DNA of 63,480 nucleotides, counting the filler, from Octopus bimaculoides (lineage: Eukaryota): NCBI RefSeq assembly GCF_001194135.2. It is 4 parts of 3 records of this genome, joined end to end, with 100 filler letters (N's around TTAATTAATTAA, not from the genome) between each part and the next. Parts side by side here need not be neighbours in the genome. Positions count along the whole stretch, not along the records: positions 1 to 31,520 come from NC_068982.1; positions 31,621 to 47,180 come from NC_068985.1; 2 more parts are not named here. One strand, 5' to 3'. The position numbers were made by a program, and so were the translations under genes. Below are positions 24,854 to 37,702 of this stretch, in pieces. Below the pieces are notes generated by a model, which did no database searches, was not told the origin of the DNA, and worked only from the letters and a program-made list of their open reading frames with translations. Every line of letters starts with the position of its first letter. Position 1 is the stretch's first letter.

Positions 24854-25954
24854 CAGACATCCAACTAGTTTCCATCAACCAAATTCACCAGCAAGGTCAC
24901 CCTGGGTATACAGTAGAAGATAATTGCTCAAGGTGAGGTAGAATTTTACTGAAACCAAGTGATTGTGAAGTAAACTTCTGAAACATCCAGTCATGCTTAT
25001 GCCAATGAAAATTTCTTTACAAGCCTTCAACTTCCTGTTGCCTAATAACATGTTAAATGAACTTTAGTTCATACTTAGAAGTAATTATTCTCTGGGAAAT
25101 AAGAGAAAAAATTAGTAAAATATATGTTGTATAAGATATTTGAATCTTCAAATTAAAAAATTATATACACATGAAAAATTATTTTTTTAGGTTTTTGTAA
25201 AATAAAAGAAGAAAAACAGAATTTTTTTTAATGGAGACTTTCATAAATAAGAAATTAATAATTTTTTTACACAAAATGAAATAAAAGGAGAATAAAATGA
25301 AAAAGTTTACTAGGAAACACCAAAATATTTTGTTTGCTGAGGCTAAAAATAATGCATGTTAGATCACAAACAAGATTAAAATGACTATGAGTATAGATTT
25401 TCTAGTTTAGTTTGTAAAATGTAAAATATCAGTTATGTTAACTTTTATGGGAAGAAAAAACGGTTTTGTTGAAATAAAAAGTATGTAGATGAAAAAAAAA
25501 AGCATGTAGATGAAATAAAAAGCATGTAGCATACACCAAACACTTGACCAGCCTTAGCAAAAAAGGACTAAATGCATCAACAACTAGCATGAGATTAGTC
25601 TCCAACTACTGTCCCACAGGTAGGCTGTCACACAACTTTACCTTTTCTATTGCTACTGTGATGGCTTCTGCATGTCATACCAACCAGCTATGAAGAGCTG
25701 TATAAACTTATTCCAAATTCAGTTAAGGATTAGGAAAGAAATATTATTTAAAATTATTTTCACAACATTTTATTAGGATATTGCAGTAAAAACAATATCT
25801 TTAGAAAATACAAAAGGTTGTTTGGTTAAATTTCTAATTCCACTACATCGATCTAGCATATTAATAAAAATAAGAGGCATTTAAATTGATATAAATAGTG
25901 TAGTTGTTAGTGAAAATATTTGTTATGAAAAGTGATGAATAAATGAATACGTAC

Positions 25955-26023
25955 CTTAACAAACCTACCCATAAAAGTTTTTTGTGGTAAACAGGAATTT
26001 TTAGCAAGTGATTCAATAATCAT
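25955..26023 (-). CDS. Class I SAM-dependent methyltransferase, coding exon 1 (MIIESLAKNSCLPQKTFMGRFVK)
   Basis: ATG at 26023 opens 23 codons ending AAG|gtacgt (donor at 25954, phase 0). Putative acceptor ttttcctag at 26075 gives 51 nt of 5'UTR. Joins exon 2 in frame; the peptide resembles N-termini I recall for this animal methyltransferase family. Confidence 0.75.
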
Positions 26024-27889
26024 TTTGATCTTTTTGAATTGGGTGTACTTTTTATTTTACTGGTAGGTTTCAAGCTAGGAAAATATTTACTGAATTTAGT
26101 TATGTAAAAATGGAATAAGACAAATATTTAAGAGAATATTTTTGAAGAATATATAAAATGTTTAAAAGTTTTTAAATACTTTTAACTTTATACGAAATAA
26201 TACACATGAAATGGATATTTAACAGCTTAAATTGTTAATCAGGAACTGACATTTATCCATGTTATGGAAACTTTCAAATTTGGAGTCTTCTTTGATCATA
26301 AAAACTACATACTAATTTTTTATAATACATTTAAAATTTCAAATTCTCATCACAGAAGTTGGCATATTCATATAAGGCTAAAATTATAGTAAGTTCATCA
26401 TTAAATGATACCTACTGTATGATCAAAAATATGAAGAAATATATTATACATGTATTACTATGATTATTAATAAAAATATCTACCACTAAACTACATTAGG
26501 AATGTGGTCAACAATAGTTAGGAGAGAAACTGAAGGTAGTTGGCATGTTAACAAAAATGTAGTAAAACTGGGCCTCACTACTTATCAAAGTATAGTTGAA
26601 GCAAAATACTTCTGAGCAATAGAAAATTAGTAGTTTTCAAAAATGCTAGAATGAAAGTTGTAAAACTTCTCTTTTTTGAGTATAAAGGACATATAGTATA
26701 ACATTTTAGTTTGATGACTAGTGAAAAGTGCAACAAACTGAGCAAAAAGGTACATTGCATTTCATTTATGATATATTCAAAGCTGTAAAAATAGTACAAA
26801 TTTCAAATATGGTTTTTAAATTTTGGATGATTCCTGATAGAATTCATTTGTTTTATTCGATTATATCTGTTTTTAAAGTAATATTGTCAACTTTTATAAG
26901 TTAAAAATGTAAAAGTAGTAGTAATTTAACTTAAAGCATGATTTTTGTTTATGTTTATCTTTGTAATAAAACAATATGAAGTATAAAATTCACCTTACCT
27001 GCTGAGTTGTTATATATCTGATAACTAACTTTAAAAAGGCTTACATGAAGAATGAAATAAGAAAATATAAAAGCTTCTTAATTAATGATTAATTGTGCTC
27101 AAAGGTATTTGAGGTATTCAGCAACCCATTCATTGAAACAGACATGCTGTATGATCACACAACATTAGGAAAGGCTCATCAGGTCATCCATTTTGCAGAA
27201 ACTGTTTGTTAAAAACTTTATGCTACAGACAAGATTTATGACTTCACTTATTCTTATAATTTGAAGTCATATTTTTTCACAGAAGGGATGATGTGAAAAG
27301 GAGGATAGGAGGAAGATGCATCAGATCTGTTTTTGTGGTAGTGCAGAATAGAATCAGTTTTAAATAAAGAATATAAACTGAAATTGGTGGTTACAAAAAA
27401 TAAATGGAAAATTACAGGTTATAAAACCATTGGAGAATTTAGTTCTCATTAAGAAGCTGGTGAGGGATAATGTCTAGTATGTGAATCTACTAGCAAAGTT
27501 TACTAATTTGTATTAAGTGCTAACAAACTGTTCTATGTGATATATACTCTCTTTCTTTAGTGCCTTAATGACCTGTTTACCATTATCTCTAACCACATAA
27601 ATACACCTGTGAAAATATCAATGAGCAAGTCATAATAAGTATATATTCTCCAAATTGAAATAATGGCAACCTAGACACCAAGACATACCAAGAAAAATCC
27701 TGTACGGTTTTATATTTTTCTTACCAATAAAAACTGATGGTATGTGATTCATCTTCCTTTGTTTACAATGAGAAGTACAGCCACAAAAAGTTTCACAGTG
27801 TTTGCAGTTACCTTCATCCAAGACATTTTTTTTTTGTATGGCTTGCTGTGGTATGATTTAGGTTCAATAGTGAATTTTGGAAAGCAACT

Positions 27890-28030
27890 GCTGACTAGTA
27901 AGGAAACAATATACTGCGTGGCACCTTGGGCAAGTATCTTCTACTATATTCTTGGGCCGACCAAAGCCTTGTGAGTGGATCTGGTAGACGGAAATTGAAA
28001 GAAGCCTGTCGTATATATGTATATATATAT
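27890..28030 (+). mobile_element. tRNA-SINE family B (other copies ~6215-6400, 11490-11620, 24850-24990, 51368-51500, 58222-58316, 59550-59700)
   Basis: Shared block gtggcaccttgggcaagtgtcttctactatag...gtgagtggatttggtagacggaaactgaaagaagcc, followed by (TA)n or (TG)n. Confidence 0.7.
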
Positions 28031-28176
28031 ATATATAGTATTAGGGAAAAGAACCCTAATACTATATATTTATATATATTTTATACTGTGAAACTTAATT
28101 TAATTTTAATTTTTAATAAATTGATTTTAATTGAGTTTTTACCTGTAATTTTGGATTTTATCCCTAATATTATTAT

Positions 28177-28211
<35 letters not shown>

Positions 28212-28224
28212 ATGTTTGTGTGTC

Positions 28225-28420
28225 TGTGTTTGTCCCCCCCAAACATTGATTGACAACCGATGCTGGTGTGTTTATGTCCCCATAACTTAGCTGTTCGGCC
28301 AAAGAGACCAATAGAATAAGTACTAGGTTTACAAATAATCAGTCCTGGGGTCCGATTTGCTCGACTAAAGGTGGTGCTCCAGCATGGCTGCAGTCAAATG
28401 ACTGAAACAAGTAAAAGAGT
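28225..28420 (+). mobile_element. SINE family C 3' part (other copies ~48870-49005, 50235-50530, 51195-51300, 51540-51735, 52620-52810, 59290-59480)
   Basis: Shared block gacaaccgatgctggtgtgtttacgtcccc...gctccagcatggccgcagtcaaatgactgaaacaagtaaaaga, found in both orientations. Confidence 0.7.
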
Positions 28421-30039
28421 ATGCAAACTTTTTATATAAATCTGCCAGAAATGAAAACAAGTCATGCTGTGCTTCTTTCATTACCTCCTGACATACATGA
28501 ATGTATCCATGACCTGTAGACATTTGTAAAGAAATTGAGACACCTGGTCTCGAAACAAATTAACTTCATAAAATTTGCCGTCATAATGAAAATATGAGGA
28601 TCTGTATGACTTTCATTGAATTCTGTTCTTACAGAAGACCTTCAGACACCAGTAGAAGTAACATTCTTGTTTCTTGTTCCTTATGGATTTATCTTTCAAA
28701 AGTTATCAAAATTAGGAATTGTGTTTCACTACATGTAGGTGTGAAACCGGTAAAGTATAATTCATGATAAAAATTTAGTCTCATTCTGATAAAAATACCA
28801 GTGACTTCAGAGCAAAACATCTCATTACAGGCCTCCTACATTTAGCATCTTTGTCTGTCACTCACCCCAACTCCATTTGTTGTTTTAGTTTCCTTTGACC
28901 ATTGTGACTGATGTGAGGATATATTGATTTCTTTATATGTAATGCAGAATGAACTTTCAAACACTAAAGACAAACAGAACGACTAAGTAAAGATTCTGTT
29001 ACAGCAAGAAAGTAGAAACAATGTTGGATAATTTAGAAAACTTCAAACTGTATACATAAAATAAACAAAATGACTCTAGCTCATGTTGAATGATTTGGAA
29101 CAAATTCAACAGCATCAAACATTAAAGTGTTATTCACACACACAAAAAGTATATATACAAAGTCATGTGGAGTATTATATGTACTGATGACTATCATAGA
29201 AAAATGTAAATGATTTTAACACTTTGTTGCACATCAAGTTGAACAATAAATATAACTTACTTCTGTAATGCTGTCCTAAATATGGTGATACACTTGATTG
29301 AAAAAAATGAGTAGCATTTAGTTGTTGAGTATAATACACACCTTTAATATTTAGGTTAAAAATCTGAAAAAGTACTTGTTATAGTGGAAAATTCTGGTAT
29401 CAATATTACTGTAGTGGCAAATCTAATCCCACAAACAGCAAAGGCAAGCTCATATAATGTGTAGTAGATACACACTAAATTCTCAACCAAGAACTGAAAT
29501 TTCAGTTTTCAGAATTTATTAGTGTCATCTCACAAATTCACTACCATCTTAGGTGACACAGAGTTCAATTTAGATAGCTCATCCAATCCCTTTGGCCTAG
29601 TTCAACTTTGGTACAGCTATAGATTTGAGACAACAACAGAAAAAAAAAAATTCTCTTTTCTCAGTAACTGTTAGAGTTAACTTCTCTTTTTACTTTGCCA
29701 CTTGCACACAACTGACATATCATTAATTTCAAATTTCATGCAATACTTTTCTCCTTCCACACAACTTTGTAGAGGACTTCTACATTTGCATTCCAACTTG
29801 CCATAATTGTGAAAAATGATTGAATAAAATCTATGATGTGGATGAACTTTCAANNNNNNNNNNNNNNNNNNNNNNNNNNNNNNNNNNNNNNNNNNNNNNN
29901 NNNNNNNNNNNNNNNNNNNNNNNNNNNNNNNNNNNNNNNNNNNNNNNNNNNNNNNNNNNNNNNNNNNNNNNNNNNNNNNNNNNNNNNNNNNNNNNNNNNN
30001 NNNNNNNNTATATATATATATATATATGTATATAATGTG

Positions 30040-30857
30040 CAGTGCAGTGAATATATTGTCTTCTAAATTACGCAAAAATGGAAATAACACTGATATCTCA
30101 TTTTAACAGATATATTTACCAAAATTATATAATTTTAGAGTAAATTTTTTCAATGAAATCACCATTGGCTTTAACCACGGCCTCCAGACGACTTCGGAAT
30201 CTCCTGCAACTCTTCTGGATATTCTCCTTGTTTAAGTTGGTGAATGCTACCATACTCCTTGCTTTCAGTTCATCTTTGGTGTTACGAGGAGTTTTGCACC
30301 CACACATAATAACCAAGGGGGTTGCAGTGTTGTAGCCAGATGTTAGGAGTGATGTGGCTGCAGAAATTGTCTGACAGCCAGGACTGGGTTCTCCTGCTTG
30401 TGTGACATGGTGCAAAGTCCTGTTGCCAGACACAGGGTCTTCTAGCAGCCACCCTCTTGTCCCCAGGGCAGCACTACCTCCTTCAGGCACTTGATGTAGA
30501 CCTCCATGTTGAGTCTGAGGCTGTGTGGGGAGATGAATGGAGGCATAACGTCACCATCGATAGTGATCACTCTAAATACCATGATGTTGACTGGATGTTT
30601 GATTTTTATCACTGTCGGTACATGATTGTTGTGTATTCCCCATCTGTTCATATTGGAGCTTCTGGCATGAATGTCAAGCAGTGCAGCATGTCATTTCCAA
30701 ATTTCTGGCAGAGTGAATTGCGTCATGGTGCTGTTTTTCTCACACAGTGCCCAACTGACGCTACTATACTGTGTAGTCAACAAAATCAAAAGCAGACAAT
30801 GCACATGTGCAAAATTAAGAATATAAAATGGTGATAATTTACCCATCACACCCTGTA
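30040..30857 (-). mobile_element. Internally deleted Tc1/mariner element (maT/DD37D-like)
   Basis: Minus strand: TA then CAGGGTG TIR start at 30855; N-terminus MTQFTLPEIWK; KHPVNIMVFRVITIDGDVMPP; WQQDFAPCHTSRRTQSWL..N; CNPLGYYVW; C-terminus CRRFRSRLEAVVKANGDFIE. Left TIR not clearly recognisable. Confidence 0.8.
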
Positions 30858-31377
30858 ATATATATATTCTTTTTATTAGAAAGTAGGGTTCTGCTGTGGT
30901 ACCACTCACCACTGCCTTTGATGCCAAAACCAAATACATAGTGTGTGAGTGTGTATCTGTGTATATACATATATGTATATATAAAGTATGCATGTATATA
31001 TATTATGTGTGTGAGTACTTATATATATAAGTATTCAAATGCATATCTATATCTAGTTATTGAGAGACAAAAGATGAAAGGTAATCTAGAGTTTATTAAT
31101 CAATACAATTGCTTCAACACATCTAGCAGCGATCCCTCATGGGTGAGATACTTAACAACTGGTTCAGGAGCATCTGACGGTGTAGATGTGTCTCTTCAGA
31201 TGATAAACAGATACAACATGTTGAAATAATAGTTCCGCAATCTAGCTTCTCAGTTCTTGTGAAGAAAAGCAGCAAATTAAAGGATATAGCTTCATTGTTA
31301 TAGAAGACCAATAATAAAATAACAGATGCCAAAAAGAAACAAACACACCATGCGATAAAAAAAGTATTAAATATCTA

Positions 31378-31410
<33 letters not shown>

Positions 31411-32510
31411 ATATATATCTATATATATATCTCTCTCTCTCTCTATATATATATATATCATCATCATCATCATCATCATCATCGTTTAACGTCCGCTTTC
31501 CATGCTAGCATGGGTTGGACNNNNNNNNNNNNNNNNNNNNNNNNNNNNNNNNNNNNNNNNNNNNTTAATTAATTAANNNNNNNNNNNNNNNNNNNNNNNN
31601 NNNNNNNNNNNNNNNNNNNNTTATATGTATGTGTTGTCCAACCTACTAGCCGGCAGCGTCCAATTCTCTAACGGTTTTTTTAAATGAATCACGTCATAAC
31701 CTTATCCATCTATTGTTTTCATACTCGGTCATAATGTCTTACGTTTAAGATGATTCCCATGCTTTCCCTGATGAGAAGGTTACAATTTTAATATCACAGA
31801 TCCCTATGGATCACATAGGTTGTAATCCTTTGAAACATATGTAGGAATGAAGTATGCAATTATAACATGCGTTTTCTCCATTCCTTAAATTTTTAAATAT
31901 ACTCAAATACCCAAAATTTCAAGGACTTCCTGCCTTAAAAACAGGAACAACACCAAAGTTATTTCGTGTTCTTTGCTACATTGGTTTATACTAACCCATT
32001 TATTCTATCTGAAGAATTATTATTCATTAAGATACAAGAAATACATATAATTATATATATATATATATATAGGTAATGGTGTCAATAAGACCCAAAGGTG
32101 TCAGGTAAGTGCTATGGACAGACTATAGGCTAGACTCCAGGTTCGGTGATTATGCAAATAAGGAATCCAACGTAGGTCATATATCAATATGTTTATATTT
32201 ATATATATATGTGTAATAATCAAGGATGAAATCTTTATAAGGCTTTATCAAGTAGCCAGCATGTAAGGAACCATATAGGTAATAATTAATAAAAGTATAT
32301 ATAGTTATGATAATAAGGGCACTAATGATTAGCCCCACATGCTAGAAATAGACGCTGAATGGTGTCTCTTTCTAGCATTTATCTGTAGTTTATCTTTGAT
32401 TTGCTTCAGTTGATTCACTACCACCATGCTATGGAATCACCTAGAAATATTTTTTCGAACAAATCTACCTCAGTACGTATCTTGTTTTAAAGCCCCTATT
32501 ATTATAATTA

Positions 32511-32582
<72 letters not shown>

Positions 32583-32599
32583 ACATTGGCCTTCTAATT

Positions 32600-33250
32600 T
32601 TGTCTTTCGTTTGCCAGGCTCTCCTTGCATCTCCGGAGACCTCAATATTGCAATCATTTCAACATCATCGAAGGGCTTTTCGCAGTTAGCAAAAGCGATA
32701 CACAGAGGAAGCCTGCATCTGTTCGCTCGTCGTTTGAACTGAGAGTGAATATGTGGTCTTCTGCATTATAGTCGCCGCGAAAACCTGCTTAATCCTTTGG
32801 CAGTCCGTTGGCGAGTTTCGTATAGTAGTGACTATGACCTTTATGAACTGCTTACATAGGTGAGACAAGAAGGATATGCCGCGATAGTTTTTTTACATAT
32901 TCATTGTCACCCTGAAAAGTAATCCCAAATGGAACGGCATTATACTATACGAACTCGGAGACTCTGCCACTGACAAATCAGTGTGAAGGTCTCTCCATGA
33001 GCAACAGCTGCCTTCGAAGGGGACATGCGACGGTGTCTCGATATTGCAAGAGAAAGTTGTCACAGAGCGGCATCCCCCTCAATCCAGTCAACAGACAATC
33101 GCTGTGGCATTTGTATGCGCCTGTATGCCTCCAGTTTTGGATCGTGGAGTCACAAGCGCTCTCATCGCTGAAAACACAGACTTCATCGTCATCGGACACT
33201 GATTGACTACCTACCACAATGGACAGGCCGGCTTATCCATATAGATAATG
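32600..33250 (+). mobile_element. Decayed RTE-clade 3' end
   Basis: C-terminal C2H2-like motif RCGICMRLYASSFGSWSHKRSHR*, typical of RTE ORF ends; multiple stops upstream. Confidence 0.5.
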
Positions 33251-34185
33251 GGCGCATTCACAAACAAATACTTTACGCTGTGTTTATGCTGAGAAACAAG
33301 AAAATGATAAGCTGAAGAAAAAATAGAGTCGTTTAAACCGAATTTAAAATACATTGAATGATGTCTCGAATCATTTGCGGCAGACTAGGAAGCTAGGAGA
33401 GCTATGATATGAGCGGGATTAAGAGTTTCATGTTAACAACGTTAAACAAACTGAAAGGGAAACAAAATTGTCTAAAACTGAGATCAATATCAATAAAAAT
33501 TCGAATGTTCTCATTCCTTGTTTAATATTCCCTATGCGGTTAAGGAACACATGAAATATTGGAATTTCATTCCAGGTTACCAGTTTCAAGGCGACATGTA
33601 TCAAAATACAGCAAGTCACATGGAGGATTGAGGTGGTAATTTGGTGGACTTATAGCTGTACGCAAGCCAACGCAAGAAATCTCTAGTGAGACTTTATTAA
33701 TGTACCTGCAGAGACCCAGAACGGGTCGACAGTTGTGTTGTACCCTATAAAGTCTATTACACATTCCATTTCCTATTTCACTGATACTGTTACCCCAACC
33801 ACCACTACGAAGTCCCTGCAGTAAGTCTACGGACACCAACAGGTAATCGACACTGTGTGGTGCTTTACTCATCATCCATTTATGCATGTTGTGCAATTTC
33901 TCCATTATGTATATATATATATATGTATATATATATANNNNNNNNNNNNNNNNNNNNNNNNNNNNNNNNNNNNNNNNNNNNNNNNNNNNNNNNNNNNNNN
34001 NNNNNNNNNNNNNNNNNNNNNNNNNNNNNNNNNNNNNNNNNNNNNNNNNNNNNNNNNNNNNNNNNNNNNNNNNNNNNNNNNNNNNNNNNNNNNNNNNNNN
34101 NNNNNNNNNNNNNNNNTATATATATATGTGTGTGTGTGTGTGTGTGGGGGGGTGTGTGTGTGTGTGTGTGTGCGTGCGTGTGTGT

Positions 34186-34235
<50 letters not shown>

Positions 34236-34346
34236 ACGTATATATATGCTTCTTCTAAGATTATTAATTATTGAAAATATTCTTATTTAAGAGGTCACAA
34301 ATGTGAATGAATTAGCTACATAATATCTTAAGTGAAGTGTGTATCT

Positions 34347-34406
34347 TGCGCATGCGCTTTCATTTTTAGAGAAACTTGGTTTTGTAATGGCGTCAACAAT
34401 TTCCGG
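34347..34406. promoter_or_regulatory. Housekeeping-type promoter motif cluster (NRF1-like, YY1-like, ETS-like)
   Basis: TGCGCATGCGC (34347-34357), AATGGCGTC (34386-34394) and TTCCGG (34401-34406) within 60 bp of unique, CpG-containing sequence in an AT-rich background. Confidence 0.4.
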
Positions 34407-35673
34407 TTTATTTCGGACTTGGAATTCTAATATATTTTTATAAAATGTTCTTTATTCCGTCGCACTTGATCACTTTTTTAAAAGGGGTATACTTTAAACA
34501 GTTAACTATTTCCGAATTAGTTTCGGTATCAGATTTCTTATGGAGTATTCTTCTTTTACCTTTCGTAGTTAATCATTTTCATCTTTAATTTTGTAAAATA
34601 GGAATATTTTAAATTTTCCATTTGCACAAATGTGTCGATGCTTAGTACATGAAACATTTCTATGAGATGAATCTTAAATTTATTGTTTATGACGTTTACA
34701 TGAATGGTTAGTCCCTGTGTCTCCAATGTAATTGTTGTTACACTGTGTCCATGTGACGCAATAGATTAATTTATTTTTGTTTTGCCATTCATGTTTACAT
34801 TCGCTTGCAATTCCTTCCTATTCTTGAATCTTTTGATTTTTCCTTGCTCAATTATTTACCATTTCTCTACAGTTTGTTAATTGTATTATTTATTTCTCCG
34901 AAATGAATCCCGCCCGTGTTGCAAGTCTCTTGAAACTGGCTGTTGATGATTTGTGATTTTTTTTACCTGTACGTCAGCGATTAGATGACCGGAAGCATAG
35001 TTTGGCTAAATGTAAGATATTGTGGTTCCCAGGTTTATGAGTGGCTACAAATGCAATATTTATATTCTTATTCAGGTTTATATTCTTGTGTCATTCCGTA
35101 AGGTATATATGTGAATTTATTTTGCTTTGGCTATGGCTCGATTTATTAACCTTTTTGGTGTACTTCTTCTTTTGAAGTAGGAACAATTTTAGTTCTACGA
35201 GTTGTTTCTCTCCTCTGTCTACCTATTTAGCATATACATTTTGCCATAGTAAATAGTATGTGCCTATTTTATAGGAAAGGTTGCAAAATCTATGTATTGG
35301 TGTGTGCGTGTGTCCTTGCAGTAGAGGTCGGTGTAACTCTCTGATTTTCTTTAATTATTAGTATGTCCACCAAAGGGAGTTCCTTTTCATCCATTTCTAC
35401 AGTGAATTGGATCGATTAATGATATGGTTTATTAATTTAAGTAATCTTGTAATCCTCCTTGCTTTTGTTAAAAAATATGAAGAAATCATCAAAAAGAATT
35501 TTCCATTGACCTATTTAATAGGTTGGGAAATGATGATCAAAAGTAGAACTGGGTCTATTAATCCAGTGTGCCCGTCTATGTAGCTATGCGTAAATTGAAG
35601 AACACGTGGGAGTCATATTTAATATTTCAAATAACAACATAGACACTTCTCTGTCATACTGCGTTGTAAAATA

Positions 35674-35871
35674 TTGGGTTGGTGCATAATTATTGCGGCT
35701 TTTTTTCAACAAATTTTATTCAACAAAGACAATAACAACATGTAACAAAAGCCTCCTTAGATGATTATTCCGAAGTATATTCACCATCTACTTCAATTAC
35801 TGCTTCCTATTTGCTTGTTTTTGTTAAATATTGTTATTGTCTTTGTTGAATAAATTTATGCACCAACCCAA
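35674..35871. mobile_element. 198-bp mariner-derived MITE (Hsmar1/MADE1-like TIRs)
   Basis: TA|TTGGGTTGGTGCATAA...TTATGCACCAACCCAA|TA with TA duplication; internal inverted 21-mer; minus strand retains the mariner C-terminus VIEVDGEY. Confidence 0.85.
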
Positions 35872-37654
35872 TATTTTAGGATCGTATATCCTGTCCTCTA
35901 TAACTAAGCCGCATGCCACATGTGTATATAAATATATTGACTTGACTACGTGACTCTTTAATTATTTTAACATGCATGTATTATCCTTTAACGGTGTTTA
36001 CTTGATTGTCCTATTCCATTATTCTCTAACAGTGTTAATTTGCATATATTGTGAATTTACTGACATAAAAAGGTTTCCAATATTCTTTTCAACATTAGGC
36101 TTGAAATATTGGAGTGAGTGGGTAGTTGATTACATTGACCCCAATGCTCGACTGATACTTATTTCGTCAACCCCATATGGATTAATGACACACTTTATGA
36201 GAACTACAACTACGACTACTGCAATAAAAACTGCATACCCACACAAATTCATGCACTCAGGCATACCAATACGTGCGTGTATGTTTATGTACGCATGTTG
36301 TATGTGTGAGTATGTATAATTGTAAAAGCCTAACTTAGCGATAGATAAAAAAGATCTATAAAATAGGGATTAAACTATATGTGATTAACTAATACAAGCA
36401 ATATTCAATTACGTTTTGTACGTTTTCAGATGAAAATTAGATATTGACTACTTATTCGGAGGGCTCATACTCATTCCCAAATTCGAAACTGAATGACTAC
36501 TCTCTAAAAATCTCAAAGTGAACTAAAAGCATGTTGCCATACATTAAAAATTAAAAAGCACGCATGTTAGTTACTATCTCAGAATAAATATGGAATTATA
36601 TAAGAAATATTACATGCGAGTGTTGAGATGTACAGACGATACAGAACATAATTTAATTAAGACTATAGTTTAATAAAATGTGAATCCTTTTTTCCACTTG
36701 AACCCTATTTATTATTTAGTGTGTATATCTATGAGCAAAATAAATTGCCTCCACATGGCAAACCTCCTATTTGTTATGGCTATAGTATATAATAGATGAG
36801 ACTACCTAAGGTGTCTTTCTGAAGGTGGCGCATGCACTTCGAGAAAGAGTTAGCCGCTACCTCTTGCCTGATAAATGACATGGATTTGGTTGTAGTATTT
36901 AAATTTTTTTTTCTTTCTTTTTTGTGGTTTTTCGTTGGAAATCATTCTCTAATACATTTTACAGGACGAGATACACTTTATACCGGTTTCAAATTTTGAC
37001 TCAAGGCCTGCATTTTCGAGGTATGGGGTAAATCGATAGTGTTTACCACAGTTCTCAACCGGTACTTATTTAATCCATCCTTAACCCCAAAAGGATGAAA
37101 GCTAATGTTGGTATCGGCTGTATTCGAACTCACAACGTTTAGAACGATTTTGTTCGTACATCTTATCTTTGAGAGTTGATCATCTGCTATATCATTTGCA
37201 GCGAATATCTATAAAATTCTCTACTACAGACTGCTACCTGCATAGCTACCTTGTGTTTTCATAGAACCTCGCGCTCGTCGATCACCAAAGTTTTCTCAAA
37301 TTAAAACATAAAATCTACAAAAAAGAAGAGACTAGGGTAAACATTTATATACAAAGTGACACGATGATCGTAATTTGAATATTTCACATCAGAGTTCATG
37401 TTAAAATCTACTATCCATCTTCAGATTGTGGTGAAACCAGTTCAAATATTTAGACAACATTCCGTAAACATATTGGTTTCGTAGATCAATAACACCAGAC
37501 GATCTACTGGCTGAGGCTGTTTTAGTCAACATTTTATAACAGAGTGCATTTATTCGGCATTTACTTAGTGCGTCTATTCTGTCAACATCTCCAGGCAAAC
37601 TTACAAAAACCGTTAGTTTATTTAAAATTCAGAAACGTTACAATCCACACACAC

Positions 37655-37702
<48 letters not shown>

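Noticed and set aside
31565-31576. TTAATTAATTAA islands centred in N runs (also 47225-47236 and 58361-58372)
   Set aside because: Identical 12-mer with stops in all six frames placed between N blocks: an assembly spacer, not biology.
34387-34443. Short plus-strand ORF MASTISGLFRTWNSNIFL*
   Set aside because: 18 codons with no convincing donor; the ATGGCG is equally explained as a YY1-like motif.
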